A program made the translations under genes and the position numbers. The notes under the pieces are model-generated. The model ran no database searches. It was not told the DNA's origin and saw only the letters and a program-made list of their open reading frames with translations. A DNA stretch of 64,000 nt from an uncultured delta proteobacterium (GTDB lineage Bacteria; Desulfobacterota; Binatia; UBA9968): the NCBI GenBank assembly GCA_963760795.1, contig CAVXEP010000022.1:128001-192000 (forward strand). Reading direction: 5' to 3'. Positions 56,937 to 64,000 of the stretch are shown here, piece by piece (the first letter of the stretch is position 1; the number at the start of each line of letters is the position of its first letter).

Positions 56937-58103
56937 ATGGACTTCAACCTACCCGAAGAAATTCAAATCCTGCGCAACACCGTGCGCCGCTTCGTCGACA
57001 AAGAGCTGATCCCGCTGGAGCGCGAGTACCGCCACGACAGCGAAGGGCCGATGCCGGATCACTTGCTCAAACCACTGCAAGAAAAAACCCAAGCGATGGG
57101 CTTATGGATGCTCGACGTGCCGGCGGAATACGGCGGCGCCGGCCTTGGCCTCTTCCCGCGCTGCATTATTCACGAAGAAATAGCCCGCGCCGCGTCGCTC
57201 CCCTTTCGCAGTCTCGAGCTGTTCGGACCGGAAGTGCGGCCGGTGCTGTTTTATTGCAGTGATGAGCAGAAGGAACGGTTTCTCAAACCGGTGCTGCGCG
57301 GTGAGATGAAGTTCTGCTTCGCCCAGACCGAACCGGACGCCGGCAGCGACCCGGCCAACATGCGCACCCGCGCCGTGCGCGACGGCGACGATTTTATCAT
57401 CAACGGCACCAAGCGTTTCATCACCGCGGCCGGACGCGCCGACTACGTCCAACTCATGGCGGTGACCGACCCGGAGAAGAAAGCGCGCGGCGGCATCAGC
57501 TGCTTTGCGGTGGATTTGAAGAGCCCCGGCGTCAATCTTGAGCGCCAGTGGCCGGCGATGATGGGTGAAGCGCCTTGGCAATTGTATTTCGAAAACGTGC
57601 GCGTACCGGCGAATAATGTCATTGGCGAAATCGGCGGCGGTTTTTCCATCGCGCAAAAATGGATCGGCGAAGGACGCATCCGCGGCCATGGCGCCCGCCC
57701 GGTGGGCATCGCCTCGCGCGCCCTCGATATGATGATCGAGTATTCAAAAGTGCGCACCACCTTCGGCAAGCCGCTGTCGGAGCGCCAAGCGATTCAATTC
57801 ATGATCGCCGACTCAGCGATGGAGATTCACTCGGTGCGCAACATGGTCTACGAATGCGCCTGGCGCGTCGACCGCGGCGAGGACGTCCGCGATCTTTCCT
57901 ACATGGTTAAAGTCATGGCGACGGAAATGGCCAGCCGTGTGGTCGACCGCTCGATTCAGGTCCACGGCGGCTTGGGATTGATGAAAGAGCTGCCACTCGA
58001 ATGGTGGTATCGGCAGATCCGCAGCACGCGCATCACCGAGGGCGCCAACGAAGTCCTGCGCTGGCGCTTAGGGCAGAATATCATCCGCGCGCATAAAGGT
58101 TAG
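56937..58103 (+). CDS. Acyl-CoA dehydrogenase family protein
   Basis: FAQTEPDAGSD, INGTKRFIT, RTTFGK, IQVHGG.G and RITEGANE. Confidence 0.95.
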   Translation: MDFNLPEEIQILRNTVRRFVDKELIPLEREYRHDSEGPMPDHLLKPLQEKTQAMGLWMLDVPAEYGGAGLGLFPRCIIHEEIARAASLPFRSLELFGPEVRPVLFYCSDEQKERFLKPVLRGEMKFCFAQTEPDAGSDPANMRTRAVRDGDDFIINGTKRFITAAGRADYVQLMAVTDPEKKARGGISCFAVDLKSPGVNLERQWPAMMGEAPWQLYFENVRVPANNVIGEIGGGFSIAQKWIGEGRIRGHGARPVGIASRALDMMIEYSKVRTTFGKPLSERQAIQFMIADSAMEIHSVRNMVYECAWRVDRGEDVRDLSYMVKVMATEMASRVVDRSIQVHGGLGLMKELPLEWWYRQIRSTRITEGANEVLRWRLGQNIIRAHKG

Positions 58104-58116
58104 CACGAAGACAATA

Positions 58117-58200
58117 TTCACCGCGAAGGACACGAAGATCACGAAGTTCGGAACGTAGATCCTGCGAAACCTTTCTCTCCTTCGTGACCTTCGTGGTGGA
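58117..58200. repeat. CACGAAG-unit palindromic repeat
   Basis: ttcaccgcgaaggacacgaagatcacgaagttcgga ... ccttcgtgaccttcgtggtg. Confidence 0.82.
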
Positions 58201-58220
58201 ATCGAACCTTCTTAACGATA

Positions 58221-59267
58221 TTAATTCTCCAAGATTCGCTTCACCCGCTCGACAACATCCGGCGGCTGGCTGGTCACTTCTTTGGCGAGGCTCTGCATCT
58301 CCTCCCAGGTTACCGGTTCCAAATCGTAGCGCCGCTTCTTTACCTCGGCGATAAACTCCGGGTCTTTGAGCATCTTGGCGTAGCCGTCGCGAATCGTCCG
58401 CGCTAGGTCGGCGGACATTCCCGGCGGCGCCACCATCGGCCGGCCGAATCCGCCGGAGGACAAGACAACAGTCGCCATTCGCCGTAGCGCGTCTGGAGTT
58501 TTCTGCTTGTCCATCAATTCGTAGAGCGTCGGCACATCGCCTAAGCGGGAGTCGCGTTTCATGCCGGTCTGAAGCAGACTCTTCACATAACCATTTTTAA
58601 ACCATGTGCGCGTAGGCTCGCGGCCAACGAAGCTGCCGATGTCGAAGGCGCGGCAGTGCAGTTCGCCGCGCTCCACGGCGATATCGATTTCGCCGCCGCT
58701 CTGGTAACCGGTCACGGTTTTGAATTTGAGGCCGAGAGTTTCTTCCAATATTTTCGGCACGAAGTAGCCGGTGGCGCCAGTGCCCGCGCCGCCGCAACGC
58801 GGCGGCTCAGCGGCGCGCCGGATATCTTCGAGGGTCTTGTACGGGCTGTCGGCGCGCATGTAAAGCTGCGCTTCGAGCCGTTCCGGCGAACCGATCCAGG
58901 TAAACTTCGCCCAGTCGAACTTCACCGTGTTGTGGCCCAGCACTTGATCGAAAAACGCGCCACCTTGCAAAGCGCCGAGCGTCAAGCCATCGGGTTTGGC
59001 GACCGAGAAGAGATAGTTCGCCGCCACCACAGAACTAGCCCCCGGCATGTTCTGCGCGATAAGCACCGGCTCGCCGGGCAAGTGCTTGCCGAGGAACTGC
59101 GCCACCAGCCGGGCATAGAGATCGACACCGCCGCCGCTGCTGGTGCCGATGATAAGGCGAATGGTCTTGCCCTTGAAATCACCATCGCTCTGAGCCGTCA
59201 CTCGCACGACGCTTAACATCGAGCCAAGGACGCAACCCGCGAGAATAATCCCTGCTTTCATTTTCAC
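58221..59267 (-). CDS. Tripartite tricarboxylate transporter binding protein (TctC/Bug family)
   Basis: GG.DLYAR, NMPGA, PDGLT, GYQSG...AVERGE and DVPT. Confidence 0.9.
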   Translation of the reverse strand: MKMKAGIILAGCVLGSMLSVVRVTAQSDGDFKGKTIRLIIGTSSGGGVDLYARLVAQFLGKHLPGEPVLIAQNMPGASSVVAANYLFSVAKPDGLTLGALQGGAFFDQVLGHNTVKFDWAKFTWIGSPERLEAQLYMRADSPYKTLEDIRRAAEPPRCGGAGTGATGYFVPKILEETLGLKFKTVTGYQSGGEIDIAVERGELHCRAFDIGSFVGREPTRTWFKNGYVKSLLQTGMKRDSRLGDVPTLYELMDKQKTPDALRRMATVVLSSGGFGRPMVAPPGMSADLARTIRDGYAKMLKDPEFIAEVKKRRYDLEPVTWEEMQSLAKEVTSQPPDVVERVKRILEN

Positions 59268-59285
59268 AGTCCTTCCACCATGAAG

Positions 59286-61363
59286 TTAGATATGTACTTT
59301 GGCATCCAACACTATCGCTCCGGACAGCTCGGCGCCCAAAGCGATCGGATTGATATCCACCGCCTGAATCTTGCCGTTCAGTTCTACCGCTAGATCGGAC
59401 AAGCGCAACAGCGCGTCGCTGAGCCGATCGATAGTCACGGGTGTCTTGTTCAGAACTGGAAACGCCCTTAACGATGACAACATATCCGCGACATCGGTTT
59501 TAGATAGCGGTGCCAAGCGCAGCGCAAAGTCCTTCAAGACTTCGGTAAATATCCCGCCGAGGCCGCAGAGCAGCACCGGGCCGAAGGTCGCGTCGTACTT
59601 CACGCCGAGAATCACTTCAAGGTCATGCTCGATGAATTTTTCCACGGTCTGCGGCATTCGCTTTGCCGGCAAGGGCAGCGAACTCTCGTTCCAACTCGCC
59701 ATCGTTGGCAATCTTCCGGCTGACGAGCCCGGCCTCACTGCGGTGCGCCACGTTGGCCACCATACCCTTTAAAATTACCGGATAGCCGAGTTTCAGCACC
59801 GCCGCTTTGGCCTCCCTTTTGGTCTCGACGGCAAAGGACGCCGCACATTGGAAGCCGTATTGGCCCAGTAGCGCCACGGTCGCTTCGTGCGGCAGCATTC
59901 CCTGTCCCTGGTGCGCTTCGCAGAATCGTCTCGGCGCCCCCACGCGGCGCTACCGACGCCAGCGACATCACCGGCGGTCTTGGCGCGGCTTTGCGGCGTT
60001 CGAGAAACTGCCCGTAGTCGATATAGCCGCGCAGCATCTTGAAACAGGCATCGGTGGCCGCGTCGTACACCGGGATATGCTTCTCTTGAAAGATATCACG
60101 CATATCGGTTTCGGAGAGGTTGATAATCGCCGCCGCGGTCTTGCCAAATTTTTCCGCGGCGGCGGCGAACTGCCGGCCATATTCGTGGCGCACCGCCAGC
60201 GGTCCCATGTACATGAGCATGCAATCGTTGGCCGGGTCTTCGGCAAAAGCCTCGCACGCCGCCTGGAGAAATCCCGGCGCGCGGGAGGTGCCGGCGGTAT
60301 CGAAGGGATTGGTCAAGATCGCCGTGCGCCGTTGGGGAATGCGCGCTTGGGCTTGCGCGGAAATGTCGGCCAACTCGATGCCGTACTCGCTCGCCTTGTC
60401 GGCCATCAAACTGGCGCCCGCGCCGCTGGAAGTCATCACCACCAGGCGCCCGGCGCGCGGCACCGGCTGGTGCGCCGCCAATTGCGCGCTGCCGAGAAAA
60501 GTCTCGACGGTGTCGGTGGCAATAACGCCGTACTGGCGAAACGCCGCTTCGTAGACCTCGCCGGCGCCGGCCATGCGCGCGGTATGCGCCATGGTGGTCA
60601 ACGCGCCGCGCTCGGACTTGCCGACTTTGAGCACGACGATTTTCTTGCCGAGTTCATGGGCGCGCTCGGCCAGATCGAGAAAGCGCCTGCCGTTCTTGAG
60701 CCCTTCCATCAGCACGGCGACGACTCGGGTATTATCGTCTTCGAGAAAAAATTCGGTGAAGTCGCAGAGATCGACATCCATCTCGTTGCCGTTGCTCACC
60801 ATATAACTGAAACCCTGGTTGGCCTGCACCGCGCGATGGCCGATCACCCCTAACAACGCGCCGCTATGAGACGCGATCGCCACCGGTCCCGGCTTGATCG
60901 GCAGCGCGAAGGCGTGATCGTAGCCGCAGGGAATATTTTTATAAACGTTAAAGGTGCCATGGCAGTTGGGGCCGCACACACGGATGTTATAGCGTTTGGC
61001 GATGGCACTGACTTCGTCCTGGCGCGCTTGACCTTCCGGTCCGGCTTCGCTGAAGCCGGCGGAACCGATGATCGCGGTCTTCACGCCCTTCCGGCCGCAC
61101 TCTTCGAGAATCTCCGCCGTCAACTTAGCATCGATCATCAGGATCGCGACATCGGGAGCTTCCGGCAAATCAGTCACGGTCGGATAACACTTCACGCCGC
61201 CGATTTCGGCGGCGCGCAGATTGACCGGATAGATTTTGCCGGTGAACTTCGAGTTGACGATATTACGCAGCGGCAATCCTGACGCCTTGGCAAGATCTGC
61301 CGACGCGCCGATGACGGCGACGGATTTAGGATCGAAAAACAAACCAATACGTGGATCGGACAC
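59286..61363 (-). CDS. Acetate/acyl-CoA ligase (ADP-forming), CoA-binding + ATP-grasp (frameshifts near 59915 and 59650)
   Basis: PKSVAVIGAS, GPNC.G, SHSG, AHT and NPFD; later frames give GYPVILK, HRSEAG, FGPV..CGLGGIFTE and DINP. Confidence 0.87.
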
Positions 61364-61410
61364 GAAACTTCCTCCGGTGAATCAATCAAGATGACTTGGA
61401 AAATACCGAC

Positions 61411-61492
61411 TCACCACGAAGGACACGAAGAGCACGAAGTTCGGAATATTAATTCTCCGATACCTTCGTGTCTTTCGTGACCTTCGTGGTGA
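61411..61492. repeat. CACGAAG-unit palindromic repeat (best-preserved copy)
   Basis: tcaccacgaaggacacgaagagcacgaagttcgga-atattaattc-tccgataccttcgtgtctttcgtgaccttcgtggtga. Confidence 0.88.
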
Positions 61493-62663
61493 AAAGGAAT
61501 TTATGACGGCAACCAGCGCCCGCGCTTTGCTCGCCCTCAGCCTTCGGCACATCGCCGTTCACGGCCTCCGGTCGCTGCGGGCTCTTGATAACTTCTTTCC
61601 ACGGCGACGGCGCGCCTTGGTACGCTGCGGCGCCCTTGATGAAATGGCGGGCATGGCCGAGAGTTTCGACGAACGGCATGTCCATCGAATAAAGTTTCTT
61701 GCCGCTCGGGCGCGGTCCGCCTTTCGACACATGGCCCCAGAGCGGATGACCGACCAAATCTTCCGCGACCCACACCGCTTCGATCAGTTTTTCCAAGTCG
61801 ACGCCGGTGTCGATGCCCATGCCGTCCATCATGTGAATCAAGTCTTCAGTCGGCGCCAGGCCCGCCGACTGGCCATTGCCACAGAACGGACAGCCGCCCA
61901 TGCCGCCGATGGCCGGCTGCAAGCGCAGCGTATCTGTGCCATCCAGACTGCGCATAGCGACGTATGAAGACGTCAGCGCCATGCCGCGGGTGTTATGCAG
62001 GTGTAAATTAAAACTCTTGATCGCCGGCCAGCGTTTTTTGATCGCTTCGAGCTGGCGCTCCACTTGATCCGGCATATTCCAGCCCATCGGATCGGAGATG
62101 CCGATCTTGGTGACGGCAATCCCCGCTTCATCCCAAAGTTGATGTTGGCGCTCGAGCATCTTTATGCGGTCTTCCTGGGACACCTGGCCGGTCCAGTTGG
62201 AGCCCCAGGCAGCGCTGACGCTGATGCCCGCTTCCTTGGCACCTTTCGCCTTGGCTTCGTCGATGACTTTGGGCCAACGCGCCATTTGCTGGGCGATGGT
62301 CCGGTTGATGTTGCGCTGGGCAAACACATCGCATAGATAGACCGCCGTCTGCGCCTGGTACTTCAGATCGTTGAGCGGCGGGATATATTGGCGCAGCCGC
62401 TCCCGCCCCATGTCATTGAGCGCCGTGGCGGTATAGCTCACACCCGCCTTGGGATGAAATCCTTTAACTAACTCATCGATGCACGCCATCTGCGGCACCC
62501 AGCGCGGACTGACAAACGAACCGACCGCAATGTCTTTCAGCCCGGTCTCCGACAACATGTCGAGCAAACGAATCTTCCCGGCCACCGGAATATCGGCACG
62601 CTCGATTTGCAAACCATCGCGCATGCCTTCTTCGGTCAAGATAACTTTGGGATAATTACTCAT
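61449..62663 (-). CDS. HMG-CoA lyase-like (DRE-TIM) acyl-CoA lyase; C-terminus uncertain
   Basis: RDGLQ, GSFVSPRWVPQMA, HLHNTRG, GGMGGCPF and TEDL. Confidence 0.88.
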   Translation of the reverse strand: MSNYPKVILTEEGMRDGLQIERADIPVAGKIRLLDMLSETGLKDIAVGSFVSPRWVPQMACIDELVKGFHPKAGVSYTATALNDMGRERLRQYIPPLNDLKYQAQTAVYLCDVFAQRNINRTIAQQMARWPKVIDEAKAKGAKEAGISVSAAWGSNWTGQVSQEDRIKMLERQHQLWDEAGIAVTKIGISDPMGWNMPDQVERQLEAIKKRWPAIKSFNLHLHNTRGMALTSSYVAMRSLDGTDTLRLQPAIGGMGGCPFCGNGQSAGLAPTEDLIHMMDGMGIDTGVDLEKLIEAVWVAEDLVGHPLWGHVSKGGPRPSGKKLYSMDMPFVETLGHARHFIKGAAAYQGAPSPWKEVIKSPQRPEAVNGDVPKAEGEQSAGAGCRHKFLFTTKVTKDTKVSEN

Positions 62664-62676
62664 GTTTCTCTCCTTG

Positions 62677-62738
62677 TAGGGACGCAGAATGCTGCGCCCG
62701 CGTCCGAACCCTTCGTGTCCTTCGTGCGCTTCGTGGTG
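62677..62738. repeat. GTAG-type REP plus a half CACGAAG element
   Basis: gtagggacgcagaatgctgcgccc, then tccgaacccttcgtgtccttcgtgcgcttcgtggtg. Confidence 0.72.
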
Positions 62739-62795
62739 GTCCTAGCGATCTCATTACCGCTTAGTCAAAACACAAGAGCTGGAACGCCAACATTC

Positions 62796-63584
62796 TCAGT
62801 CGCCTTTGTATTTCGCCGAGCGTTTCTCGGCGAACGCCTTGGCGCCTTCCCGCGCATCCTGGCTTTCATAGGGACTTGGCCCCGGCGCCATCTTCAAAGC
62901 GAACAGCAACGGCGAGCCGATCGACTTCACCGACAGCTCTTTAATCCGGCGCAGCGACACCGGCGCGTTTTCGGCGATCTTTTCCGCTAACGCCACTGCG
63001 GCCGGCAATAGCTCAGGCAACGGCACCACACGGTTAACCAGACCGAATCGAAGCGCGTCTTGAGCGGAAATCTGTTCGCCGGTAAAAAGCATTTCCATGG
63101 CGATGCCGCGCGGAATCAGATATTGCAGCATCACCGTGGCAAAGTTGGCGCCGCGGCCGCGCTTGGCTTCGGGCAAACCGAAGCGGGCATTTTCCGAGGC
63201 GATGCGGATGTCGCAGGCGAGCGTCAGCTCGCAGCCGCCGGCCAGCGCATAGCCGTTCACCGCTGCGATGAGCGGCTTATAGGTTTCGATGGCCAGTTGG
63301 CTCGAGTGCGGCGGCTCATCCAAAGCGCCGTAGTCCGGCCCGACGCGATGGGATTTCTTTTGGAAAATCTCGTTGTGCTCTTTCAGATCGGCGCCCGCTG
63401 AGAACGCCTTATCGCCGGCGCCGGTAATGACCGCGACCTTGATGGAAGGTTCGGTGCGAATCTTGAGAAACGCGTCGACCAATCCGGTGCGCACCTCATG
63501 GCCCAACGCATTCATCCGGTCCGGCCGATTGATCGTGACAATCGCCACATGACCTTTTTGCTCGAATAACACAAAATCAGACAT
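62796..63584 (-). CDS. Enoyl-CoA hydratase/isomerase family protein
   Basis: NRPDRMNAL, AFSAGADL, AVNGYALAGGCEL and FGLPE. Confidence 0.94.
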   Translation of the reverse strand: MSDFVLFEQKGHVAIVTINRPDRMNALGHEVRTGLVDAFLKIRTEPSIKVAVITGAGDKAFSAGADLKEHNEIFQKKSHRVGPDYGALDEPPHSSQLAIETYKPLIAAVNGYALAGGCELTLACDIRIASENARFGLPEAKRGRGANFATVMLQYLIPRGIAMEMLFTGEQISAQDALRFGLVNRVVPLPELLPAAVALAEKIAENAPVSLRRIKELSVKSIGSPLLFALKMAPGPSPYESQDAREGAKAFAEKRSAKYKGD

Positions 63585-63767
63585 CGAATGACCTCGGTAA
63601 AGCTATTTTTGGCGCAGCGCCAGAACTAACACCCGACGGATCGAAGTTCAACAAAACCGCCGACGCGTTGGAGTTAGAGCGATGACACTGTGCACGATGT
63701 TCGGAATGACAATCCCTAGCAACCCGTCATTTCGAGCGCCGCGGGAAATCTCTCTTCATCTGAAATG

Positions 63768-64000
63768 CTAGCGCCGGTCGATCTCCTTGAGTGCCTCTGC
63801 AAGATAACTGCGATCGACATACTTGACGGGGTCCGGCAGCGGGCCTTTTAGACCAGTTAGCTCGGCATAAATGCGAATGTTGTTCTTCATCCCTTCCATG
63901 GTAACGTCGCCATCCGGCGGCCAGTGGCGATTTTGCGTATAGAACTCCCAACCGAGCCGAGCATGGAGCGGTTTTAGTTTCATCTCCTGGGACAGAAACT
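63768..64000 (-). CDS. ABC substrate-binding protein, C-terminal part (runs off the window)
   Basis: W..DG......G........A.......P.P.KYVDRSYL.EA resembles the C-termini of the NitT/TauT proteins in this window. Confidence 0.65.
   Translation of the reverse strand, partial: FLSQEMKLKPLHARLGWEFYTQNRHWPPDGDVTMEGMKNNIRIYAELTGLKGPLPDPVKYVDRSYLAEALKEIDRR

Overview
GC-rich bacterial chromosomal window. Gene content and intergenic repeats suggest a deltaproteobacteria-like lineage such as Candidatus Binatia (inference only). The left ~19 kb is core genome: fabG-fabD-plsX-rpmF-DUF177, queG, yebC-ruvCAB, rlpA and acnA. It also holds the most striking feature. An NtrY-type sensor kinase is followed by a single ORF that fuses an NtrX-like receiver domain in frame to a complete LpxC, a candidate two-component system that directly controls lipid A synthesis. 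The 19-28.5 kb region holds two paralogous multi-PAS hybrid histidine kinases. The rest is accessory catabolism and uptake: six orphan NitT/TauT-type binding proteins, a Liv-type ABC transporter, tandem TPP enzymes, PrpD-, enolase- and aldolase-family enzymes, a CoA-dependent catabolic cluster, an M12 protease and a divergent RpoD-like sigma factor. Intergenic spaces carry several families of REP-like hairpins, some built from short tandem units. About a dozen apparent frameshifts, several at short homopolymers, look like long-read errors rather than pseudogenes. No tRNA, rRNA, CRISPR array or transposase was recognised.
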